Shown in pieces: positions 17,434 through 26,130 of a DNA stretch of 64,000 nucleotides. A model generated the notes under the pieces. That model was not told the origin of the DNA, made no database searches, and was given only the letters and a program-made list of their open reading frames with translations. Each line of letters opens with the position of its first letter. Positions within the stretch are counted from its first letter, which is position 1. This stretch comes from Myxococcota bacterium (lineage in GTDB: Bacteria; Myxococcota_A; UBA796; CAJQPC01): NCBI GenBank assembly GCA_036229005.1, contig JAZAMN010000024.1:96001-160000 (forward strand), given 5' to 3'. A program made the position numbers and the translations under genes.

Positions 17434-20400
17434 ATGCCGATCAAGCCGCCAAACCTCGACGATCGCCGCTACGAAGACATCGTCGCCCAGGCACGCTCCC
17501 TGATCCCCCAGTACACCCCCGAGTGGACCAACCTGGGGGACGCGGATCCGGGAATGACCCTCGTCCAGCTCTTCGCCTGGATGACGGAGATGACGATCTA
17601 CCGGCTCAACCGGGTGCCGGACAAGACCTACATCCACTTCCTGAACTTCATCGGCGAGGAGCGCCGGGCGGCCCGACCCTCCGTGGCTCCGGTGACGTTC
17701 AGGCTGCGGGCGGATCACCCGGTCGAGGTCCCTGCGTTCACAAAGGTCGCTACCCGGCAGCGTGAAGACCTTCCGGCGCTGGACTTCCTGACCTCGCAGG
17801 CGCTGACCGTGCACGACAGCAAGGTCGTACGCGTCATGGCCGTCAAGGGTGGGCCCACCCCCTCCGTGCGGGAGTTGCCCTTCTCCTGGCTCGGTGGAGA
17901 CCCCAGCGCGCTCTCCTTTGCCGGTGGAGCGGGCGTCGCGGTCTTCGAGATCGACCCCCTGCACTTCGGGCCGGACGCCTACACCCCGCATCAGTACCTC
18001 TACTTGGGCCACGACGACCTCCGCCTGATGGACATCGATCCCGAAGAGGACACGGACCGGCCCCTCGGACGCCTCCAGGCCCGCCGGCGCTCCGGCGACC
18101 CCCTGTCGATCATCAACTTCTTCCGCTGGGAATACCCCACGGAGCAGGGCTGGCAGCCGATCTACGTCGAGCGCGAGGGCGAAGCCCCCTACGGCATCCC
18201 CGAGCACACCCTGATCACGGCCATGCCGGGCATCATGCCGCTGGATCGCTTCGGGCTCCAGGGCGCGGAGTTCATCAAGCCGGCCTCCGTCCGCGACCAG
18301 GACTGGTGGATCCGCGGGACTCTGGACTACGAGGCCTGGATGGCCGCCCGGATGGATCAGGAGTCGCGTGAGCAGGGTGGGGGAGACCTCTCCATCACCT
18401 GGCACGATGACCGCGGCGGCGAGGTCCGGGAGCTCAACAACTGGTCGGTGCGCGCTGCGGGCCGGACGCTGGAGTTCTACCTCAAGGATGCCCCCCTGAT
18501 CCGCGGTGGCTGGTCCCTGCGGCTCTCTCTGGTGGACCGGGGGCTGCAGGCGGGGAGGACGGCTGCGTTCCCCAAGTACCGCTTCTCCTACCGCCGGGGT
18601 GAGGTCTGGCAGCCCATCCCTGACGATCGCGTCCGGGTCGAGGGCACCGAGATCATCCTCCACGGTCCCCTCAACGACATGGCCCGCGACGGCTACAACC
18701 TGCGGGCGGAGCGCATCGAGACGGTGTTCCTGCGCGGGCTCATCAAGGACCTGGAGCTGGACCTGAACTGGTCCCGGCCGGTCGAGCTCTCCCTGCTCGC
18801 GGGTGACAACCCCTTGTCGCTCGTGCAGCTCCCCATGGACGAGCGCCCCTGGTCTCCCTTCCAGATGTCGTCGGTGCTCCCGCCCACCATCGGGCGGCGC
18901 CTCTACATCGGCTCGGACCTCTTCGAGAACCGGCAGAAGCTGCCCATCCTGGTCGAGTTCGAGATCGCCTTCGAGCTCAACGGCGAAGAGATCGAGGAGC
19001 CCGTCGACGACTACAAGCTGCAGCTCACCTACCGCGCCGACGACAACTGGCGCGTGGTCTACAGCCCAGACCAGCGCTACGCCGGCTTCACCCTCTCGGA
19101 CATCGACCCCGAGGGCGCGAAGAAGGCTGGGCGGCGCCGGGTGCGCATCGTCATCGACCCCGCCGAGCAGCTCAAGGGACTGGCCCGCCACGAGGTCTCC
19201 AACATCGAGACCACCTGGCTGCGGCTGGAGCTCATCAAGTCCAACCTCACCGGTCAGGACAAGAAGAAGAACGTGCACCCGGTGGTGCCGCGCATCCACA
19301 ACCTCCGCCTGGGGCCCGAGAAGACCCTGGGGATGGAGGCCTACGACCAGCCCATGCCCAACCCCCTGGTGGCCCAGGTGGATCACCGCGAGCAGAACCG
19401 CCGCTTGACGCGCTGCGTGTCCCGGGTGGCCGGCCGGACCTCGGAGAAGCACCCCTTCTTCCGCTTCGTGGACCTGGAGGAGGAGACCCTGTCCCTCTAC
19501 CTCCAGTTCGACAAGCCGCTCCCCCGGGGAGAGCGCCACGCCCTGCACTTCCGCTGCCGCGGCGAGGCCTTCCTGCCCGAGGGCACCTACGTGGAGTGGG
19601 AGATCCTGGAGCGCCGGCAGCACGGCCGCACCGCCTGGCGTCGGCTGGTTTCCTCCGGTGACAGCGGCCCGGGTGTCTACGAGCTCTCCCGCAGCGGCGA
19701 GCTGGAGTTCGCCCTCCCGGACATCCCCCCGGTTCCGGACGACGGCTTCTGGCTGCGCGCCCGCTTCGTCCTGCCCGAGGACACCGGCCTGGACGCGCTC
19801 CCCGGTCTGCCGCCCCTGACCCACCTGATGCTGAACACCGTCGAGGTGGTCAACCTGGACACCGTCCGCGCCGAGCGCTTCTCGGGACTGGGGGTGCCCA
19901 ACCAGGTGCTGGAGCTGCGCGAGCACCCCATCTTCATCCACCCCGGAGAGCAGGACAAGGCGGTCTTCCCGCGGCCCGAGCTGTTCACGGACGTGGCCGT
20001 GACCGTCATCTACCCCGACGGCACCCGCGAGCCCTGGTACCGGGTCGATGACCTGCTGCTCACCGGCAAGGACGACCCGGTCTACACCGTGGACCCCGTG
20101 GACGGCACGCTGCACTTTGGCAACGGCATCCGCGGCCGCATGCTGCCCGTCGGGACCAACAACGTCCTGGTCGACGTCTACCACGTCGTCCCCGGCGAGA
20201 AGGGCAACATCGGGGCCCACGAGATCCGCGTCGCGGACGGCTTCGGGGACCGGGTGGAGATCTCCAACCTGCTGCCGGCCACCGGCGGGCGGGACGCCGA
20301 GTCCATCGACGAGATCATCGAGCGGGCCCCCTCGCTGCTGACCTCCCGGGACCGGGCCGTGACCCGTCAGGACTTCGAGATCATCGCCATGGAGGCCTCC

Positions 20401-20946
20401 GGCGAGGTCGCTCGCGCCGCCTGCGTGGGCGAGATGAAGCGGGACGGCACCGTCGATGTGGTGGTGCTCCCCCGGCGCCGCGAGGGCGAGATCCTGCCCG
20501 ACCCCTTCCTGAGCGTGGGCCTGCGGGACCACGTGGAGAGCTACCTGAACCGCCGCTGCCTGATCAACGTGCAGCCCAAGGTCCGGCTGGCCAGCTTCCT
20601 GCCCATCGACGTGAGCATCACCCTGCGGCTGCGGCCCAACGCCAACGTGCTGGTGGTCCGGGAGCAGGCCGAGCTTTGGATCCGCTACTTCCTGGACCCC
20701 TATGTCGGCGGGCTGGACGGCGAGGGCTGGCCCTTCTCCGCCACCCTCTTCGCCCAGGACTTCGGCCGAATGGTCGCCGACATCGCCGAGGTGCGGCACG
20801 TCTCCGAGGTGCGCGTCTACGACGTCAGCGACAAGGCCCGCCGCGCCCCCGGCTGGGAGGAGAGCGAGGGCGTCGAGGAGCTGCACCTGGACCGCCATGA
20901 CCTGGTGGCGGTGCGCAAGGTGCGCGTGAAGATCGAGGACCGCTGA
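17434..20946 (+). CDS. baseplate J/gp47-like wedge protein (Afp11-like), 1170 aa
   Basis: PNLDDRRY.D, PEWTN..DADPG.TL..LFAW, YRLNRVP, FGNG.RG, GGRDAES, RAVT..DFE, GWPF. Confidence 0.92.
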   Translation: MPIKPPNLDDRRYEDIVAQARSLIPQYTPEWTNLGDADPGMTLVQLFAWMTEMTIYRLNRVPDKTYIHFLNFIGEERRAARPSVAPVTFRLRADHPVEVPAFTKVATRQREDLPALDFLTSQALTVHDSKVVRVMAVKGGPTPSVRELPFSWLGGDPSALSFAGGAGVAVFEIDPLHFGPDAYTPHQYLYLGHDDLRLMDIDPEEDTDRPLGRLQARRRSGDPLSIINFFRWEYPTEQGWQPIYVEREGEAPYGIPEHTLITAMPGIMPLDRFGLQGAEFIKPASVRDQDWWIRGTLDYEAWMAARMDQESREQGGGDLSITWHDDRGGEVRELNNWSVRAAGRTLEFYLKDAPLIRGGWSLRLSLVDRGLQAGRTAAFPKYRFSYRRGEVWQPIPDDRVRVEGTEIILHGPLNDMARDGYNLRAERIETVFLRGLIKDLELDLNWSRPVELSLLAGDNPLSLVQLPMDERPWSPFQMSSVLPPTIGRRLYIGSDLFENRQKLPILVEFEIAFELNGEEIEEPVDDYKLQLTYRADDNWRVVYSPDQRYAGFTLSDIDPEGAKKAGRRRVRIVIDPAEQLKGLARHEVSNIETTWLRLELIKSNLTGQDKKKNVHPVVPRIHNLRLGPEKTLGMEAYDQPMPNPLVAQVDHREQNRRLTRCVSRVAGRTSEKHPFFRFVDLEEETLSLYLQFDKPLPRGERHALHFRCRGEAFLPEGTYVEWEILERRQHGRTAWRRLVSSGDSGPGVYELSRSGELEFALPDIPPVPDDGFWLRARFVLPEDTGLDALPGLPPLTHLMLNTVEVVNLDTVRAERFSGLGVPNQVLELREHPIFIHPGEQDKAVFPRPELFTDVAVTVIYPDGTREPWYRVDDLLLTGKDDPVYTVDPVDGTLHFGNGIRGRMLPVGTNNVLVDVYHVVPGEKGNIGAHEIRVADGFGDRVEISNLLPATGGRDAESIDEIIERAPSLLTSRDRAVTRQDFEIIAMEASGEVARAACVGEMKRDGTVDVVVLPRRREGEILPDPFLSVGLRDHVESYLNRRCLINVQPKVRLASFLPIDVSITLRLRPNANVLVVREQAELWIRYFLDPYVGGLDGEGWPFSATLFAQDFGRMVADIAEVRHVSEVRVYDVSDKARRAPGWEESEGVEELHLDRHDLVAVRKVRVKIEDR

Positions 20947-22034
20947 TGCTGCCCACCCTCCGCCGCGGCGGCCCGCCGGATCTGCGTGATGACTACCTGC
21001 ACCTGCGCACGGTGGTCCAGATCCGCTACCCCGTCCGACAGGCCCAGGCTTATCTGAGGCGGGTGTTGGGCAACCCCGTCCGGGTGCACCTCGTCGAATC
21101 GCAGCGGGGCGAACCCATCGGGAACGTCCGTGCCATCGAGGTCTTCCCGGCCGCGGGGGGCGACCCGGTGCTCCTGCGCGCGGTCCGCTGCCTGCCCGAC
21201 GGCAGTGAGGCTGGCCCCTTCGTGCCGGAAGAGCTCACCGAGACCCAGGTGCGCGTGACCACCTGGGACGGCCGGCCCCCTCCCGGGCTCGGTCCCCAGG
21301 ACTGGGTGATCCTGCACGTCCCGGTCAAGAGCTACATGCGCTTTCTGCCCGGGGCCTTCCAGGGCGCCGTGCCCATGCAGCGCAAGGATGTCGTCCGGGC
21401 GGACGAGGTCAGCCTGCGCCGCTGGGGACACGGCGAGAGCCAGGAGCAGAGCACCGAGGTCCAGGCGCAGGACGCAGACGCCATGCGGCGGATGCTGTTC
21501 ATCTTCCAGCACCTGATGACCACGGTGGTCGACAAGGTCACCGACATCCCGTCCATCACGGACCCGCTGACCTGCGATCCCCGATTCCTGCCCTGGATGG
21601 CGAGCTGGGTGGGCTTCTCGCTGGACGAGAGCCTGCCCCTGCACCAGCAGCGTGAGCTCACCCGCCGGGCCATCCGGCTGTACCGCACCCGCGGCACCAA
21701 GCAGGGGATGGAGGAGATCGTCAAGGTCCTCACCAACGCCCCGGTGGCTGTGTCCGAGCGGGAGAAGCCCCAGCCCTTCGTGCTGGGCGCGGCGACCCTG
21801 GCTGGCGGCGCGAACATCTCCGAGCGCTACGAGCGCGGAGAGCCGCCTCCCTTCTACCTGGTGCGGCCCGAACGGCCGGACATCTCCTTCTTTGCCCTGG
21901 TCCTGGAGCGTCGCGAGCGCTTTCAGCGCCGCTTCTCCGAGCGCGCCCCCGAGGTGCTCCGTCGCATCTCCAAGGTGGTGACGGACGAGAAGCCCGCCCA
22001 CGTGACCTTCACCATCCGCTTCGAGAAACGCTGA
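20946..22034 (+). CDS. phage tail protein I-like baseplate protein
   Basis: YMRFLP..F, DP.TCDPRFLPWMASWVG, AIRLYR.RGT..G, EKPAH; TGATG coupling. Confidence 0.85.
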   Translation: MLPTLRRGGPPDLRDDYLHLRTVVQIRYPVRQAQAYLRRVLGNPVRVHLVESQRGEPIGNVRAIEVFPAAGGDPVLLRAVRCLPDGSEAGPFVPEELTETQVRVTTWDGRPPPGLGPQDWVILHVPVKSYMRFLPGAFQGAVPMQRKDVVRADEVSLRRWGHGESQEQSTEVQAQDADAMRRMLFIFQHLMTTVVDKVTDIPSITDPLTCDPRFLPWMASWVGFSLDESLPLHQQRELTRRAIRLYRTRGTKQGMEEIVKVLTNAPVAVSEREKPQPFVLGAATLAGGANISERYERGEPPPFYLVRPERPDISFFALVLERRERFQRRFSERAPEVLRRISKVVTDEKPAHVTFTIRFEKR

Positions 22035-22044
22035 GGAACCCGAC

Positions 22045-22968
22045 ATGGAGTTCTCCCGCCTCAACCCCTTCGAGGGGCTCTGCCTGACCAGCGCGGACCT
22101 GCGCGACGAGCAGGCCTACCACCGCCAGAACCTGCACCGCCACGCCAACTACATGCACAGCCACGGCATCGTGCAGGGCCTGCAGGTGGAGCTGGAGTCC
22201 CGGCAGGGCAAGTACCTGGCGCGCATCTCCGCCGGCTACGGCCTGACCCGCGCGGGCCAGGGCGTGGAGCTCGAAGAGGCCAAGCAGGTCATCCTCGAGG
22301 TCCCCAAGCAGGACGGCGAGTACATGCTCTGGCTCTTCCACGTGGAGCAGCCCGACGAGCACAGCCAGCGGCCGGTCTTTGACACCCAGGAGCTCCGTGC
22401 CGCCCGGGTGTTGGAGCGGGCCGCCCCCGCGCTGCATCCCGCGGACGAGGACCACGATGGCGCCGTGGCGCTGGCCCGACTGAACGTGCGCCTGGGGCGC
22501 ATCGTGCACGTCAAGCTCCCCGTTCCTCGGGCGGGTCGGCAGGCGCGGGCAGCGGAGAGCTACCTCAAGCCCCGGGTGGTGGAGTTCATCCGTCTGAGCA
22601 AGAAGGTCATGCAGAACCTCTTCAGGACGGCCTTGGTCAAGGAGCTGGACCTGGCGGTGCTGAACTTCTCCAGCGCCTTGGTGAGCTCCGAGTTCCTGCT
22701 GATCGAGGAGGGGACCGCCGACCGCGTGCTCTACCGCACCGCAGGCAGCCTGATCAGCTACGCGCACGACTACTACAACGCCATGCCCCGCACGACGGAC
22801 CGGGTGGCCAAGTTCACCGAGTTCGTGCGGCGGGTGCATGCCGAGCTGCCCGGCCAGGAGCAGGGCGACGAGGTCTGGCTCAAGTGGTTCGAGAAGTTCG
22901 AGCGCCTGCTCACCCCGCTGAACAAGATCAGCGAGGAGCTCGAGAAGACCGTCGAGGCCCAGCGATAG
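22045..22968 (+). CDS. Afp13/Pvc13-like baseplate-attachment domain fused to a helical C-terminus
   Basis: RLNPFEG..LTS.DLRDEQAYH...H.HGIVQGLQV...ISAGYGL...G pattern of eCIS fibre-attachment N-termini. Confidence 0.65.
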   Translation: MEFSRLNPFEGLCLTSADLRDEQAYHRQNLHRHANYMHSHGIVQGLQVELESRQGKYLARISAGYGLTRAGQGVELEEAKQVILEVPKQDGEYMLWLFHVEQPDEHSQRPVFDTQELRAARVLERAAPALHPADEDHDGAVALARLNVRLGRIVHVKLPVPRAGRQARAAESYLKPRVVEFIRLSKKVMQNLFRTALVKELDLAVLNFSSALVSSEFLLIEEGTADRVLYRTAGSLISYAHDYYNAMPRTTDRVAKFTEFVRRVHAELPGQEQGDEVWLKWFEKFERLLTPLNKISEELEKTVEAQR

Positions 22969-23009
22969 CTGTCCCCGGGGGCTCCGCGGCCTCCTGTTAG
23001 ACTCCCGCC

Positions 23010-23921
23010 ATGCACGTCGATCCCAGCGCCGCCCAAGCCTCCACCGTCAAGGTGCGGGTGCAGGTGATCGACGTGGAGCCCAGGACCCTGGATCTGACCC
23101 TGCCGGCCTACCTCCCGGCGAAGGATCTGACCCAGCGCGTCGCCCGGGACGCCGGCTTGCCGGACTACTGGCCCGATGGCCACCGCCGCGAGTACTGGCT
23201 GCGGGCCCGGGGGCGCGTGCTGCTCCCGGATGAGAACCTGCAGGATCTGGGCGTGGTCCGGGCCGAGCTGCTGCACCTGCTCCCGGTGCCCCTGGACATG
23301 TCCGAGGTGTTGGAGCGCTACCCCGAGTACCCCGAGACCCGGGGCTACTCCGCAAAGGGCTGGCCTGCGCTGCTGACCTCCGCGGCGGTGCTGCTGCTGT
23401 GGATCGCGGGCTGGGGCCTGGCGCTCTCGGCGTCGCGGAGCTGGGGGGTGACGACCCTGCCGGGCTTTGGCCTGGGGCTCTTCTCGGTCAGCCTGGCCCG
23501 GCACATCTTTGGCGGCGAAGGCTGGCGCTCGCGGGTGGCGGCCGTCGGGTTGGGAATCGGCGTCGCTGCGCTGATCCCCGCCCTGGGGTTGGCCTTCGCG
23601 CTGGGCGCGGAGCTCTCCGTCTTGCAGGTGCAGGGCGCTGTTGGCCTGGGCTTTGTGCTGGCCGGGGTGCTCTTTGGCTGGCTGGCGTGGTGGGGGGCGG
23701 TCGAGCCCCTGGAGAAGCTGCCCGAGCCCGTCAAGGTCGTGGACGCCAAGGAGGTCGTGCACACCTGCGGGATCTGCGGCGGTCAGGTCGACCACAGCGT
23801 GCTGCTGAGCTGCCAGTATCGCTGCGGCCGGGTCTTCCACACCGGCTGCTACAACGCGCGGATGGCCGTGTATCGGGGCGACCCCGGCAACTGTGGGATC
23901 TGCGGCACCCCGGTGGCCTGA
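23010..23921 (+). CDS. membrane protein: ubiquitin-like N-domain, ~4 TM helices, C4HC3 zinc finger
   Basis: VRVQVID...TLDLTLP...YWLRARGRVL.PDENLQDLGV....LLHL (YukD/Ubl-like); hydrophobic segments; C-x2-C-x11-C-x3-C-x4-H-x2-C-x14-C-x2-C. Confidence 0.75.
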   Translation: MHVDPSAAQASTVKVRVQVIDVEPRTLDLTLPAYLPAKDLTQRVARDAGLPDYWPDGHRREYWLRARGRVLLPDENLQDLGVVRAELLHLLPVPLDMSEVLERYPEYPETRGYSAKGWPALLTSAAVLLLWIAGWGLALSASRSWGVTTLPGFGLGLFSVSLARHIFGGEGWRSRVAAVGLGIGVAALIPALGLAFALGAELSVLQVQGAVGLGFVLAGVLFGWLAWWGAVEPLEKLPEPVKVVDAKEVVHTCGICGGQVDHSVLLSCQYRCGRVFHTGCYNARMAVYRGDPGNCGICGTPVA

Positions 23922-23926
23922 GGGCG

Positions 23927-24421
23927 CTACTCCGGTTTGGATCCGGGAACCAGCATCGGGGCCGCGTCGACCTCGCTTGCGTCCATGAGCTCCGCGATCT
24001 CTTCAAGGGAAGAGAGCAAGGCGGCCTGACGCTCCAGCGGCAGGGCGGCGACCTTGGTGAGGAAGCGATCCTGGAGGGGGGAGGGTCCGCTCTCCAGCCG
24101 CTGCTCTCCCTTGGCCGTCAGGGTCAGGTGCAGGCGGCGTCGATCCCGCGTGCTGCGCTCCCGACTCACCAGTCCGGCCTGGACCAGGCGCTCGATGATG
24201 GGGGAGACCGTGCCGCGGCTGAGGCCGACGTGGTCAGCGACCAGGGCCAGGGTGATCTCCTCGGCGTCGAGCTCGTGGATGGCGCGGAGGCAGAGGAGCT
24301 GGGGGACGGTGAGCCCAGTCTCCTTGGCCAGGGTCTTGGAGTGCAACGAGACCCGTCGGACGATGCGACGGACGGAGCGGAGCAGGGAATAGCCGAGCGC
24401 GCTGTGGGAATCCTGGGGCAC
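23927..24421 (-). CDS. MarR family transcriptional regulator (EctR-like)
   Basis: LRSVRRIVR..SLHSK.L..ETGLTVPQLLCL, LSRGTVS.II.RL, RERS..DRRR..L.LT..G; GGAGG RBS. Confidence 0.9.
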   Translation of the reverse strand: MPQDSHSALGYSLLRSVRRIVRRVSLHSKTLAKETGLTVPQLLCLRAIHELDAEEITLALVADHVGLSRGTVSPIIERLVQAGLVSRERSTRDRRRLHLTLTAKGEQRLESGPSPLQDRFLTKVAALPLERQAALLSSLEEIAELMDASEVDAAPMLVPGSKPE

Positions 24422-24485
24422 CTTGGCCTCCGGCGAGGTTGGGGCGCTTAGCGCGACGCGCCGCGATCGTCACGCCCAAACAGGC

Positions 24486-24530
24486 TTGCAATAATGATTT
24501 GCGTATGTCATAGTAAGTGGGCAAATCATT
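24486..24530 (+). promoter_or_regulatory. sigma70-type promoter overlapped by a perfect 10-bp inverted repeat (candidate MarR operator)
   Basis: TTGCAA (24486-91), 17 nt, CATAGT (24509-14); AATGATTTGC (24493-24502) N18 GCAAATCATT (24521-24530) in an AT-rich patch. Confidence 0.65.
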
Positions 24531-24553
24531 TGAACCCCATCCAAGGAGCCTCT

Positions 24554-24784
24554 TTGTCCACGCAGGTCCAATCCAACTCCGACCGACTCTTCGAACTCCG
24601 CACCCGCGCCCACGAGGGCAAGCTCTTCTCGCGCCAGAGGGCCGTTGAGCTCGCCAAGCAGGCCAGCCGCAAGCGCCGCCGCTCGATCCAGGTGGCCTCG
24701 ACCGATGGCCGCATCGAGATGTCCTTTCAGGACGGCGGGCTCTACAGCTACATGACGAACGACCGCCGTCGGAGGCGCAAGTGA
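24554..24784 (+). CDS. small basic hypothetical protein
   Basis: AAGGAG RBS then TTG 24554; stop overlaps the next GTG. Confidence 0.55.
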   Translation: MSTQVQSNSDRLFELRTRAHEGKLFSRQRAVELAKQASRKRRRSIQVASTDGRIEMSFQDGGLYSYMTNDRRRRRK

Positions 24785-25776
24785 GCGAGCCTGGCATGGA
24801 GTCCGATCTCGGCCTCCCCAGGACCGTTCAACCCCAGAAGCTGGACGGCGAGCAGCGCCTGTTCCGGCACAAGCTGCGCCCACAGTGGGGCGTGGGTCTG
24901 TGGGTCTCGGGGAACAAGCGCAAGCGGCGCCTCCGCTTCGAGGATGGACGCCTGCGGGCCATCGCCAAGGGCTTCTACGACCTCTTGGAGCCGGTGAACC
25001 CAGAGCGCGTCGACGTTGACGCTGTGCTGGAGACGCTGGAGAGCGAGCATCAGTCTGCCAAGTCCCGGGAGGCCAACCCCTCCAAGCCGCCGGTGATGAC
25101 ACTCCCGCAACAGCTTCAGGTGTTCGGCGAGGTGTTCGAGGGTGGCTTTGACGGTCAGGAGTACGCCCAGGAGCGACGCCCTGACGGCGCTGAGAAGCGC
25201 GCGAACGTCGGACTCGCGTCCCTGAAGGCGCAGGAGCTGCTGGCGGAGGAGGCGCTGCGTGCGTCCACGCCACAGCAGGCGCGGGAGCGGCTCGTGAACG
25301 CCCTGGGCGAGACCGCCTGGGTGGGCCCCTCCAAGCTCAAGCCGCTGCAGCGAGAGCTGTCTGAGGACAAGCTGGTCAAGCTCCGGGAGGGGCTGATCGC
25401 GCTCTTGTGGGGCGAAGGCCGCTTCCGCAAGCGCTTTGACCAGTGGGTCGCGGCTCTCGGCGCTGCGCTGGGACGCGCCCCCGGTTGGCGCCTCGCCACC
25501 GCCCCCGCAGCCCTGGTCCACCCGGACAAGCAGGTCTTTGTGCGGCGCCAGGTGATGAGCCTTCAGGCCCGCCTCTTTGGCGGCAAGCCCTTGGAGGCCA
25601 AGCCCTCGGGCGCTGCGTATCGGCGCGCTCGTCGCACCGCGCTCGCGCTGCGGAAGGAGCTGAACCGGGGCACCGAGCAGGCCGAGCGCGACATGCTCGA
25701 CGTGGCCGTGTTCGTCTGGGAGACCCTCAGGCCCTCCGGTCAGAAGCTGCTCAACGAAACCCCCCAGCCGGCGTAG
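24781..25776 (+). CDS. hypothetical protein
   Basis: GGAGG RBS; GTGA overlap; N-terminal 'RHKLRPQWGVG' SH3-like segment followed by a helical region. Confidence 0.7.
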   Translation: MSEPGMESDLGLPRTVQPQKLDGEQRLFRHKLRPQWGVGLWVSGNKRKRRLRFEDGRLRAIAKGFYDLLEPVNPERVDVDAVLETLESEHQSAKSREANPSKPPVMTLPQQLQVFGEVFEGGFDGQEYAQERRPDGAEKRANVGLASLKAQELLAEEALRASTPQQARERLVNALGETAWVGPSKLKPLQRELSEDKLVKLREGLIALLWGEGRFRKRFDQWVAALGAALGRAPGWRLATAPAALVHPDKQVFVRRQVMSLQARLFGGKPLEAKPSGAAYRRARRTALALRKELNRGTEQAERDMLDVAVFVWETLRPSGQKLLNETPQPA

Positions 25777-25872
25777 CCGACTGGCCGCCCACTCAGGGCG
25801 CCCCTCACCCAAGAACTGGAGGAAATCATCTCACGCCGAAACGCAAAGCCGGCCCACGCAAATCACAGAGAC

Positions 25873-26019
25873 ATGCTGCTGCTCACCAGGGGAGTCGGTC
25901 GCCGCTCAGACAGCGGGACCCAGGCGCTGAACGCCTACCTGGACAGCCCCCTCAAGGCCCAAGGTGGGCACCTGATGGGGCGCGAAGCGCTGAACGCAGT
26001 GCTCTTTCCCCAGAGCTGA
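25873..26019 (+). CDS. possible 48-aa small protein
   Basis: MLLLTRGVGRRSDSGTQALNAYLDSPLKAQGGHLMGREALNAVLFPQS, GC3-rich; below the ORF-track cutoff. Confidence 0.25.
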   Translation: MLLLTRGVGRRSDSGTQALNAYLDSPLKAQGGHLMGREALNAVLFPQS

Positions 26020-26130
26020 GGCGCCCGCCCTCGCTCTACAAGTCCACGCCCTGCCGGTCTGACGGTGGGGCGCGGCGCGTCCTTGCCCGAGCTGCGCCTC
26101 GGGCCCCCGAAATCCCATGCTGGAGGACCT

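Noticed and set aside
17035..20898. Very long antisense ORFs (also 4413..6647, 38217..40979, 53438..55741, 57867..60179, 60155..63322)
   Set aside because: They mirror well-supported sense genes, are expected from stop-codon scarcity in high-GC3 DNA, and show no motifs.
4509..22968. Prophage, tailocin or T6SS interpretation
   Set aside because: There are no capsid, portal, terminase, integrase or lysis genes and no TssJLM/TssK/ClpV. DUF4255, DUF4157, two tubes and the Afp7-like gene indicate eCIS.
25777..26130. Riboswitch (glycine, c-di-AMP or c-di-GMP-II like) upstream of ablB
   Set aside because: Only short fragments resemble consensus words (CGCCGAA, GCTGAA, GGGCAC), and I could not build a full consensus structure by eye.
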